A stretch of 64,000 nt of DNA from Candidatus Poribacteria bacterium (GTDB lineage Bacteria > Poribacteria > WGA-4E > JAJDTR01), in contig CBDCTK010000002.1 in assembly GCA_965222225.1 (NCBI GenBank), forward strand, positions 4,480,001 through 4,544,000, given 5' to 3'. The notes under the pieces are model-generated. The model searched no databases and was not told the origin of the DNA. It worked only from the letters and a program-made list of their open reading frames with translations. Both the position numbers and the translations under genes were made by a program. Shown here piece by piece: positions 32,655 through 41,556 of the stretch; position 1 is the first letter of the stretch, and each line of letters starts with the position of its first letter.

Positions 32655-34196
32655 ATGTCTATTGATTCAAAGCAACTCAGCCAACTACTAGAATCCATAG
32701 CTGAAGCACTGGACATCTCTGACAGTCACTACGAACAAGCTGTAAACCGCTATGAAGCCATTGGTAAGTGGATGAATCGAGACGAATCCAGCGTTGCTCG
32801 CTTCAATCCTGAAATCTACCCACAGGGCTCTATTGTGCTTGGAACAGTTACAAAACCCATCTCTGATGCCGACGAGTACGACATGGACCTTGTCAGTGAA
32901 TTGAGTTTTCGAAAAATCGAGATTACTCAAGAGCATTTAAAGAACTTAATCGGAACAGAAATTAAAGGCTATGCCGGTGCTAACAACATGAATTCTCCGG
33001 CAAGAGAAGGGCGGCGTCACTGGACGCTAAGTTATGCGGAAGGTGCTCAATTCCATATGGATATCTTGCCTGCAATTCCAGACTCTGACGCGTATAAACG
33101 ACTCCTTGAGTCAAGAGGTCACCAATTATCTAGTTGGTCAGATTCTGCGATTGCAATTACGGACAACACGCTCGCCAATTACAGGTCCATTGATCCTGAC
33201 TGGCCTCGGAGTAATCCAAAGGGGTATGCAGCTTGGTTTAGAAGCCGAATGGAGACCGAGTTCAATGCAAGACGAAAGATTATAGCTGAATCCAGCCGGA
33301 CTCAAGTTGAGGACGTACCGGAATACAAGGTCAAAACGCCGCTACAGCGGGCTATCCAGGTACTGAAACGGCACCGCGATGTCATGTTCGCCAAGAATCC
33401 AGAAGACAAGCCAATCTCAATTATCATTACGACGCTTGCAGGCCTTGCCTACAACAATGAGCCAGATCTTCTAGATACGCTAAAGAATCTTGTGGCATGT
33501 ATGCCGAACCACATCCAAAACAGCAATGGAGCGATCTTGATATCCAATCCGGTGGACCCGCTTGAAAACTTTGCTGACAAATGGCAGGAACATCCTCAAC
33601 GAGAACATAACTTCTATGAGTGGCTTAGGCAGGTGCAGCAGGGCCTCGACAAGGCGTTGAAACTGAGTGACATTCCGAGCGTTTTGGAATCACTAAAACC
33701 GTGTTTGGGTGCACGGGTTATAAACGAAGCAGTACGGAATCTTCCCGAAGCGAAAAGCCGATATGTACCTCCTCTGGCCGCAAGTGCTAGTCGGAGACCG
33801 GGACTGTTTGATGTGCCGCACCGACAGGCTCCAAAGTGGCCAGTGCTGCCAAAGGGTTGGGTAGAGATTAGAGGTTGGGCATCACGTCGAGGATTCAGAC
33901 CAGAGCAATTCAAGAACGATTCAACGCCTCTGCCAAAAAGCTGTTCGTTGCGGTTTGAAGCGCGGACAAAAGTGCCGCGCCCGTATAGAGTGCATTGGCA
34001 GGTTGTAAATACTGGGGGTGAAGCGTTCGCGGCGAAGGGCCTTCGCGGCAACTTCTACAACGGTATTCTTGAGAACGGTTGCCACGCCAAAAGAGAAAGC
34101 ACACTATACAAGGGTATGCACTGGATTGAATGCTTTATTGTCAAGGACGGAGCCTGTTGGGCACGGAGCGGGGAGTTTGTTGTGAATATCCAATAG
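32655..34196 (+). CDS. cGAS/DncV-like nucleotidyltransferase fused to an AGS-C domain
   Basis: PQGS...EYDMD, MDILP, SNPKGY, KPISIIITTL, ENFADKW; C-terminal WQVVNTG...LRG...ESTLYKGMHWIECFIVKDG. Confidence 0.88.
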   Translation: MSIDSKQLSQLLESIAEALDISDSHYEQAVNRYEAIGKWMNRDESSVARFNPEIYPQGSIVLGTVTKPISDADEYDMDLVSELSFRKIEITQEHLKNLIGTEIKGYAGANNMNSPAREGRRHWTLSYAEGAQFHMDILPAIPDSDAYKRLLESRGHQLSSWSDSAIAITDNTLANYRSIDPDWPRSNPKGYAAWFRSRMETEFNARRKIIAESSRTQVEDVPEYKVKTPLQRAIQVLKRHRDVMFAKNPEDKPISIIITTLAGLAYNNEPDLLDTLKNLVACMPNHIQNSNGAILISNPVDPLENFADKWQEHPQREHNFYEWLRQVQQGLDKALKLSDIPSVLESLKPCLGARVINEAVRNLPEAKSRYVPPLAASASRRPGLFDVPHRQAPKWPVLPKGWVEIRGWASRRGFRPEQFKNDSTPLPKSCSLRFEARTKVPRPYRVHWQVVNTGGEAFAAKGLRGNFYNGILENGCHAKRESTLYKGMHWIECFIVKDGACWARSGEFVVNIQ

Positions 34197-34253
34197 TCCA
34201 ATAACGCCTTTCGGCGATTGACGAATGCGGGAAAGAGCCTGAACGGTAATACT

Positions 34254-34281
34254 GTAGGGAACGCAGATCTGCGTTCCCTAC
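34254..34281. repeat. Palindromic REP
   Basis: GTAGGGAACGCAGATCTGCGTTCCCTAC. Confidence 0.8.
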
Positions 34282-34343
34282 GCTCCAGTGCGGGATTGAA
34301 AATTATCCGTGTTTATCTGGAGCCAAGTTCCGCTCTCCACGGG

Positions 34344-34703
34344 TCACGAGATTGAGGTTAGATCGACATCAAGGGCGGCGGCGATTGCTTTCAGTGTTTT
34401 GACGGAACCGGACTTACGTCCCGTTTCAATCTCCGCCAAATAGGCGCGTTGAATCCCGCACTTATCCGCCAGTTGCTGCTGGGTGAGGCCTCGATGGTCT
34501 CGATACACGCGGATTGGACTCTCCTCATTGAGAATCAGGCGATTGACTACCTCGCTGGGGAAAGTCTCTTCATCAACGGTTTTGGCTTCACGGAACTCTC
34601 GAACGTCTCTTAGCATCTCCGCATCTTCCATGAGCTGATTGTACTGTTCTCTCGGTACGAGGACATATTCCTGTCCCTGTTTTTCGACTGTTTCAATGTT
34701 CAT
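34344..34703 (-). CDS. HTH antitoxin (HigA-like)
   Basis: SPIRVYRDHRGLTQQQLA...YLAEIETG. Confidence 0.85.
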   Translation of the reverse strand: MNIETVEKQGQEYVLVPREQYNQLMEDAEMLRDVREFREAKTVDEETFPSEVVNRLILNEESPIRVYRDHRGLTQQQLADKCGIQRAYLAEIETGRKSGSVKTLKAIAAALDVDLTSIS

Positions 34704-34957
34704 CGGTACACACCTCCCCTAGGTCCAATTTTGATGATTTCGATGACGAGGACATCGTCATGGATTTCGCATAGCACGCGCCAATCTCCCACTCTGACCC
34801 GGTATCCTTGTTCACCCTTTAAGCGTGTTACATTGTTGTTCGGTGCATAGGGAGACGCGGCAAGTTGGTCAATCTTCCGCATAACGGTCTTCGCGAGGTT
34901 ACTTGGCATTCACCGAAGCATCTTTGTCGCGCTTGCTCGGTAACGAACCTTATACAT
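34700..34957 (-). pseudogene. RelE/ParE-family toxin with an internal TGA
   Basis: MYKVRYRASATKMLR*MPSNLAK...YRVRVGDWRVL...IGPRGGVYR; stop at 34910-34912. Confidence 0.75.
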
Positions 34958-35173
34958 GCCATTCTATACTGTAGCTTAAAGCAACATAAAACTCAAGTAT
35001 TTTTTGCCGCTGAGACTACGATGGGAAGAATATCGGGATTGGTGGCAGCGTTATTTTGGTAGGCGAGGAGAGCGACGCTGTATGGATTCGTGTTTGGAGC
35101 TAAGTGGGAAACGGTGCGTCGACAAGAAGGATTTTCCAATCTTTCGCGCGCTCAGTTTCCTCCTTTTCACGCC

Positions 35174-36199
35174 TCATTCCTTTTTCCACGCATCTTCCTG
35201 CACCGCATCTGAATCGCCCTGTTCACGGATCTCCGTCCACCACCCGCGATTTTCAGCGTACCATCGCGTGGTCTCTTGGAGTCCGGATTGAAAATCGACC
35301 TGCGGTTCCCAGTCGAGTTCGCGCCGAATCTTTGACGAATCCAAGAGATAGCGGCGATCGTGACCCGGGCGGTCCGGAACATAGGTTTTCAGGGATTGCG
35401 GTTTGTCCAACGCCGCCAAGACGCCATCAGCAATCTCTTCAACGCTCTGCTCCACGCCGCTTCCGATATTGTAGGTCTCGCCGATATTTCCCTTCCGAAT
35501 AATCAGATCGATAGCCCGGCAGTGGTCCGAGACCGCGAGCCATTCCCGGCGATTCAGGCTGTTCCGATAGAGCGGAAGCGGTTTGTAGTCAAGGGCATGG
35601 GTGGTAAACAGGGGTATCACCTTCTCGGGGTGTTGATAGGCGCCGTAATTGTTCGAGCAGTTGGAGATTGTGACGGGAAAGCGGTAGGTTTCAAAATAGG
35701 CTCGGACAGCGTGGTCCGCCGCCGCTTTGGAGGCGTTATACGGTGTTCGCGGTCGATAGGGGTGGTTTTCCGTGAACTTTATCGGTGAATCCAGCGCGAG
35801 ATCGCCGTAGACCTCGCACGTGGAGATGTGGTGAAATCGCGAGATTTTGTATTTGCGGGCAAGCTCAAGCAGCATCTGTGTCCCCATGACATTTGTCTCA
35901 AAGAAAAGACGGGGGTTGAGGACAGCGCGACTGTTATGAGATTCGGCGGCGAAGTTTACAATCAGCTCCGGACGATGTTTTGCAATGAGGTCATCGACGC
36001 AGTCGTAATCCCCAATATCTCCACGCACCAAGGCGTACCGGCTCGGGTAGGTTTCGCTAATGTCGGCGAGGTTATTCAGATTGCCCGCGTAGGTTAGCAG
36101 ATCGATGTTGATAATTGAGTCGTTAGGATAGCGTTGGAGCCAGTAGCGGATGAAGTTGCATCCGATGAATCCGGCACCGCCCGTGACTAATAGTTTCAT
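35174..36199 (-). CDS. rfbB: dTDP-glucose 4,6-dehydratase
   Basis: LVTGGAGFIG, NFAAESH, YNASKA, NCSNNYG, DRPGHDRRY. Confidence 0.93.
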   Translation of the reverse strand: MKLLVTGGAGFIGCNFIRYWLQRYPNDSIINIDLLTYAGNLNNLADISETYPSRYALVRGDIGDYDCVDDLIAKHRPELIVNFAAESHNSRAVLNPRLFFETNVMGTQMLLELARKYKISRFHHISTCEVYGDLALDSPIKFTENHPYRPRTPYNASKAAADHAVRAYFETYRFPVTISNCSNNYGAYQHPEKVIPLFTTHALDYKPLPLYRNSLNRREWLAVSDHCRAIDLIIRKGNIGETYNIGSGVEQSVEEIADGVLAALDKPQSLKTYVPDRPGHDRRYLLDSSKIRRELDWEPQVDFQSGLQETTRWYAENRGWWTEIREQGDSDAVQEDAWKKE

Positions 36200-36576
36200 A
36201 GGGCTTCCAGTCGTGCCGCCCCCCACTCCTTGCCTTCGAGTTCACGGAGCTCAACTTCCACTGCGCTGAGTTGGACATCAAACGCACTCAATTCCTCGGA
36301 GACGTGCGCATAGAAGTAAGCCGCCAGCATCTCGCAGGTGGGACATGCGGCTTGCTCCTCTGTCAAAGCAGTGTTCTCGTTGAGATAGGTGTCTGCTAGT
36401 TTTTCTACATACGGGTCGGTTATCTGGCGCAATTTAAGGATGTCTACAACCATGCCATCCTTTGGAACGCCCCTCACGTACAACTTCAGTGCCCAGAAAT
36501 GGTTGTGCGGTTTCTCCCGAACGGAGAGGCTGTGGCTCGCATAGAATTCAAACGGGACAATCACGGTTGTGTGCAA
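36196..36576 (-). CDS. queD: 6-carboxy-tetrahydropterin synthase / PTPS family
   Basis: FYASH, PHNH, GMVVD, PTCEMLA. Confidence 0.7.
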   Translation of the reverse strand: MHTTVIVPFEFYASHSLSVREKPHNHFWALKLYVRGVPKDGMVVDILKLRQITDPYVEKLADTYLNENTALTEEQAACPTCEMLAAYFYAHVSEELSAFDVQLSAVEVELRELEGKEWGAARLEAL

Positions 36577-36759
36577 TTTTCGTTAATCCTTTCCTTCAGA
36601 ATCTGTTTGAGTAATGGGTAGAAAACCGTTTTTGGTCATTTAAATGTTATTGTTGTCGTCTGCGAAACACCTTGGCGATGAAAAGGGAAGTTGGTGATTT
36701 GATAATCGAAGATATCACGCTAGGTTGAAAAAGGCTGGTGCGCGATGCGCACCCTACAA

Positions 36760-37332
36760 CTATCCAAAAAAGAGGATGAAGGCAATATAGAGGAGCACGG
36801 ATAGGGTGTTCACGGCAATCAATGCACCTTTGGCGGTGTTAGATTTCAGGCGTGGAAACAGGTAAACTGATACCCCGATTGTTGCCACTATCTCAACTGC
36901 CGAGACGATTCCCCCATGATACTCCGTTTCCCAGTAAGAAATAGGGCTCTTGAATTTGTAGTCCCAGAATGGGAAAAAGTGTCGATGGGCATCCTCGCGA
37001 TGAAGAAAAAAATCGGCCAGGTTGTGGAGCAGCATACTCCAACACACCACACGGACACGGTCGGATCGGAGAAGATAGCTGATACCGACGCCGAGGAGAA
37101 CAAGCGGTATTGAATTGAATGGGTCGATGAAGTTCTGCCATCGGGGAAGAAAATACCGTTCCGACCAGATTTCCGATTGAGAATGACCCAAAAACAGGGT
37201 CTCAACGCCAAAGAAGACAAAAATCGGGAGATCGGGCAATACCGCGCCGAGCAGTGCGCATCCGTGGTGATGAGGTTTATGCGCGCGCGAAAGCAACGCC
37301 ATGTTGATGAGCGCGTGGGATTGTGTATTCAT
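36760..37332 (-). CDS. Membrane-bound metal-dependent hydrolase-like protein
   Basis: MNTQSH, GAVLPD, LHNLADFFLHREDAHRHFFP. Confidence 0.65.
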   Translation of the reverse strand: MNTQSHALINMALLSRAHKPHHHGCALLGAVLPDLPIFVFFGVETLFLGHSQSEIWSERYFLPRWQNFIDPFNSIPLVLLGVGISYLLRSDRVRVVCWSMLLHNLADFFLHREDAHRHFFPFWDYKFKSPISYWETEYHGGIVSAVEIVATIGVSVYLFPRLKSNTAKGALIAVNTLSVLLYIAFILFFG

Positions 37333-37436
37333 ACAGTCAGTTCGCGCAACATGTGAACCCTTCGGAGTCTTATCTCATTCTAACATACCGGTCGTCCTCC
37401 GTCAAACGCAAAGAGGGTAATCGAATCATGGATAAA

Positions 37437-37603
37437 GGGATTCTCTATGCGATTTCTATCGGGCTCATTATTCACTCGCTTGATTCTGCAGGGCATGTTG
37501 TACGAAAAAGGCTGGTGGGCAGTGCCCACCCTACAGGACTAATCGCTCAGTTAATTGTTCGCTTGAAAAATCTCTATCGCGCTCGCCATTCGGTTGCTTG
37601 ATC
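37437..37603. repeat. REP flanked by 36-nt unit clusters
   Basis: Units at 37437-37486 and 37536-37603; REP at 37514-37534. Confidence 0.75.
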
Positions 37604-37700
37604 ATTCTGCATTCCCGTTGACGTTCTTTAATTCGAGTGGTATGATTGGCGCCAGTGCGGGTGCACGCCATCGAATCATAATACAGGAGTTTATGCCATA

Positions 37701-38360
37701 TTGGACACTGTGCAGGCAACAGGAGTAATTCTTGCAGGCGGAGGCAGTCGGCGAATGGGACAGAACAAGGCGTTGATGTGCTTGGGGGATGAAACACTCG
37801 TTGCCCGTACCTTAAAGCGTTTACAATCCGTCACGGACGAAGCCATCCTCATTTCAAATGCGCCAAATCTGTACGCCGAATTGGGTGTGCGGGTGTACAA
37901 GGACCTTATTCCCAATGCTGGCGCGCTCGGAGGCGTCTACACAGGGCTTAGTTACGCGGGAAACAATGCTGTTCTCTGTGTTGCATGTGATATGCCACTC
38001 CTACAGCCCAAGTTAATGACCTATCTCGTCTCGGTTTTGGGAGAACATGAGGCTGTTGTGCCGTATACACGGGAGATGAAGGAGTCCAATCCGAAGTTAC
38101 AAACATTATGTGCCGTGTATTCACGGCGTTGCGCCCAAGTCATCCGCCAAATGCTTGATGAAGGAGAACTACGCCTTCATGCGCTCTGTGATCGGGTCTC
38201 AGTCCGCATGGTTCATCCAGACGCATGGCGAGAATTTGACCCGAAGGGGCTTTCATTCGAGAACGTAAACACACATGAGGACTTTGAAAGGGTGAGAGAG
38301 GCGTTAGCAGCTGAGATGATGGAGGAGGTTGATGATGTTAACGGTCGAAGAAGCGCGTAA
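37701..38360 (+). CDS. mobA: Molybdenum cofactor guanylyltransferase
   Basis: ILAGGGSRRMGQNKA, GALGG, ACDMP, NVNT. Confidence 0.93.
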   Translation: MDTVQATGVILAGGGSRRMGQNKALMCLGDETLVARTLKRLQSVTDEAILISNAPNLYAELGVRVYKDLIPNAGALGGVYTGLSYAGNNAVLCVACDMPLLQPKLMTYLVSVLGEHEAVVPYTREMKESNPKLQTLCAVYSRRCAQVIRQMLDEGELRLHALCDRVSVRMVHPDAWREFDPKGLSFENVNTHEDFERVREALAAEMMEEVDDVNGRRSA

Positions 38361-39549
38361 ACGAATGCTGGACACTATCAGCGTTTTACCCCCGGAAAAG
38401 CGAGGCATTTTGGACTGCCTAGGCCATGTGCTCGCGGATGATATTTATGCCGTGGAGAACATCCCGCCGTTTGATAACTCGGCGATGGATGGTTTCGCTG
38501 TTATTGCCGAGGATGTTCAAGGCGCTTCCGAGGAGGCGTCGGTAAAGCTATCGGTCATTGAGACAATCGCCGCCGGATACGCGCCGAAGAAACGACTTGG
38601 TAGGGGGCAAGCCGCACGAATTATGACAGGTGCGATGATGCCGGCAGGAGCAGATGCGGTCGTCATGCAGGAGGTGACGCAGTTTGATGGAGCGAACGTG
38701 AAAATTTCCGAGACGGTGGAAAAGGCGGAAAACGTTCGATTCACAGGCGAAAGCGTGAAGAGTGGTGATTGCGTCATGTCTAGCGGAAAGCTTCTCCGTC
38801 CACAGGAGTGCTCAATGTTGGCATCACTGAATTGCTCGGAAGTGCTAGTGCACAGGCGTCCACGGGTAGCGGTGGTTTCTACGGGCGATGAACTAACGCC
38901 GCTCGGCAATGCATTGGAACCCGGAAAGATTCGCGACAGCAACCGCTACGGAATCTACGCGCAACTTCAAGAGGCAGGGAGTATCCCAATCGACATGGGC
39001 ATTGCTCGCGATGATGAAGCAGAAACCGAGCGCATATTCCGCGATGCACTGAGTCGCTCCGATGCTCTCATTACCAGCGGGGGGGTGTCCGTCGGTGAGC
39101 ACGACGTTGTCAAGACGGTTTTTTCCAAGCTCGGCGAGATTAATTTCTGGCGGGTGGCGATGAAACCCGGGAAGCCGCAAGCATACGGCATCGCCGATGG
39201 CAAGCCAATCTTCGGCTTACCGGGAAATCCTGTCTCTTCGCTTGTTGTGTTTGAACTCTTTGTTCGCCCAGCGCTCCTCAAGATGGCGGGGCACTCAAAC
39301 CCATTTCGCCCAACTTTTAGAGCCGTGTTGGACGAAGATATCGTTAATAGAGATAAACGAACCAATTTCATGCGATCAATCATTTCACAACGCGAAGGGA
39401 AGTATTACGCAAAAACGACCGGGCCGCAGGGGTCGGCTATTCTCTATTCACTTGTTTTGGCAAACGGTTTTATCGTTATTCCTGCGGGCGTAAACCTGAA
39501 GGCAGGAGACGAGGTGGAAGCGCAGTTTTTGGGTGATGGTGCCGGATGA
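38329..39549 (+). CDS. moeA: Molybdopterin molybdotransferase
   Basis: PPFDNSAMDGFAV, STGDEL, SGGVSVG, MKPGKP, GLPGNPVS. Confidence 0.96.
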   Translation: MMMLTVEEARKRMLDTISVLPPEKRGILDCLGHVLADDIYAVENIPPFDNSAMDGFAVIAEDVQGASEEASVKLSVIETIAAGYAPKKRLGRGQAARIMTGAMMPAGADAVVMQEVTQFDGANVKISETVEKAENVRFTGESVKSGDCVMSSGKLLRPQECSMLASLNCSEVLVHRRPRVAVVSTGDELTPLGNALEPGKIRDSNRYGIYAQLQEAGSIPIDMGIARDDEAETERIFRDALSRSDALITSGGVSVGEHDVVKTVFSKLGEINFWRVAMKPGKPQAYGIADGKPIFGLPGNPVSSLVVFELFVRPALLKMAGHSNPFRPTFRAVLDEDIVNRDKRTNFMRSIISQREGKYYAKTTGPQGSAILYSLVLANGFIVIPAGVNLKAGDEVEAQFLGDGAG

Positions 39550-39660
39550 TACTCAACCCGTTTTCTTTGATTCATGCGTTACAGTTGTGGAAATATGGGA
39601 AAACGGGCAAGCGTCTAACAGTGTGTGAGCAAACCGAGATAGAATTGCAAGGTAAAAACC

Positions 39661-39993
39661 GTGATGAACCCCTCAGAAGGCAAAATGTGTCAAGAGATTG
39701 TTAGATATGTTCGAGATGTGGCGAGTCCGAGGAAAATCGTACTGTTTGGATCCCGTGCGCGCGGGGATGGCGATGAGGATTCGGACTATGATTTGCTCGT
39801 CGTGAAAGACAAGGTCAAATCACATCAAGACGAATCTCATCAGATCCGTGTGGCGCTTATGGCGCTCCCAATATTTGTGGATGTGCTTTTGAGGAGCTCC
39901 GAGGAAGACAAACAGAAACAACAACTCCAGATCGGGCTTCAAAAGTCATTGATGGAAGAGGGGGTTGTCTTATATGAACACGGCATCTCATGA
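39661..39993 (+). CDS. Minimal nucleotidyltransferase (MNT) antitoxin
   Basis: LFGSRARGD...DSDYDLLVV. Confidence 0.88.
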   Translation: MMNPSEGKMCQEIVRYVRDVASPRKIVLFGSRARGDGDEDSDYDLLVVKDKVKSHQDESHQIRVALMALPIFVDVLLRSSEEDKQKQQLQIGLQKSLMEEGVVLYEHGIS

Positions 39994-40375
39994 ATTGGCT
40001 CGAACCTTATTGAGAAAAGCGGAAATTGATTTATTGAATGCCACCGTTCTACGAAATAGCAGTCAAAGGAATCGGGAGGGAGTTGGGCTCCATGTGCAGC
40101 AAGCTGTAGAAAAATCACTCAAGGCAATTCTGGCTTTTCATCAGATCCACTATCCGAAAACGCACGTAATTTCCGGATTAGTGCGCTTGGCAAGCGACAA
40201 TGATATTGAGCTTCCGGATACATTCCGTGAATCAGATCGCTATACGATTTATGCGATGGGTTTCAGGTATGATGAACTTGGCCCTCACGAAGAATTTGAC
40301 TTTGATGAGGCAGTGACACATGCCACGGAATGCGTAACCTTCGCGAAATCGATTGTAGAGAATGTGCCTTCGTGA
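39974..40375 (+). CDS. HEPN-domain protein of an MNT-HEPN pair
   Basis: HVQQAVEKSLKA, PKTH, RY; overlaps the MNT gene. Confidence 0.85.
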   Translation: MNTASHELARTLLRKAEIDLLNATVLRNSSQRNREGVGLHVQQAVEKSLKAILAFHQIHYPKTHVISGLVRLASDNDIELPDTFRESDRYTIYAMGFRYDELGPHEEFDFDEAVTHATECVTFAKSIVENVPS

Positions 40376-40565
40376 TTATTGGAGAGAGGCAGCCGAGGGG
40401 ACAGAGTTTGTTAGATCAATCAAAAGACACAAGGATACTTTTGATCGTTCCTTATAGTGGAGTAACATTGAATTTCTAGTTGGCGTGATTACTCCAAGAG
40501 ACCGCAAAAAAATGGGCAGAATACGACATTTGCGTATCCTGCCCGACGTCCGCAATGAATCCCGA

Positions 40566-40895
40566 TTATACGCTGAAGGATTCTCCGCAACCGCATTCTG
40601 TTTTGGCGTTCGGGTTAGTAATCTTGAAGCCAGTGTCCATCAAACCGTCCTTGTAGTCCAAGGTCGAACCAGCTAGGTAAAGGGTGCTTCGCGGGTCAAC
40701 GAACACCTTGAGTCCGTGAAACTCGAAGACCTTGTCGTTACCTTTGGATTCGCCAAACTCAAGGTCGTACTGGAAACCGGAACAACCCCCGCCAACGACC
40801 TTCATCCGCAGACCAAACCCTTCCTCCGCGGAATGGCCCCCTCCTGAGATTAAACCAAGTGCCTTCTGCGCCGCGTTTTCAGTGACAGTTATCAT
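40566..40895 (-). CDS. iscA: IscA/ErpA Fe-S carrier
   Basis: GGGCSGFQY, CGCGESF. Confidence 0.92.
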   Translation of the reverse strand: MITVTENAAQKALGLISGGGHSAEEGFGLRMKVVGGGCSGFQYDLEFGESKGNDKVFEFHGLKVFVDPRSTLYLAGSTLDYKDGLMDTGFKITNPNAKTECGCGESFSV

Positions 40896-41283
40896 AAGCC
40901 TTCCCCTTCGTTCGTTTGTTTACCCTTGACATATAGTCGTTAATTGCAGATTTAAGAACCTTTTGTGCATCAATTGCGTAGCGTTGCTTATCTGGGGGCA
41001 AGCCGCCCAATACATCGTCGATTTGCTGATTTGTGATTTTCAATGCGTCGTGGATTGTGATGCCTGTGACGAGTTCCGTTACGACAGAACTCGCTGCGAT
41101 TGCGGTTGGACACCCAAAAGCCTTAAACCTTGCGCTGGCGATCCGGCCACGGTGAATCCTAATCCAAAGCTTTATCATCTCGCCGCTTGCGGGTGTTCCC
41201 ATAGTTCCCACACCGTCGGCGTCTTTTATCACCCCGACGTTTCGCGGATTTTTATAATGGTCGATGACTTGTGGGCTATACAT
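40879..41283 (-). CDS. IscU/NifU-N-like scaffold with only one canonical Cys
   Basis: YSPQVIDHYKNPRNVG, FGCPTAIAASS, LGGLPP. Confidence 0.85.
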   Translation of the reverse strand: MYSPQVIDHYKNPRNVGVIKDADGVGTMGTPASGEMIKLWIRIHRGRIASARFKAFGCPTAIAASSVVTELVTGITIHDALKITNQQIDDVLGGLPPDKQRYAIDAQKVLKSAINDYMSRVNKRTKGKAYDNCH

Positions 41284-41556
41284 CTGCCTTAACTTCCGTC
41301 GGTTAAGCGAACAACCATCCCTAATTATATGTTACCCAGTGCTCTATGTCAAATCAGAAGTTTCTTGTAGGGTGGGCACTGCCCACCATTTCCACTCGCG
41401 TCGTCGGTGTGTAGGGACATCCGTTGTGGACGCTCACGCTTGCATCGCACCTCGCGTGGTTTCTTGCTTCAGTAAACACAATCCTGCGTAGTCGCCCTAT
41501 CTTTATAGGGGCAAATCGCCGTGCTTGTCTCTACCATTAGCTACCAACCACTTTTT

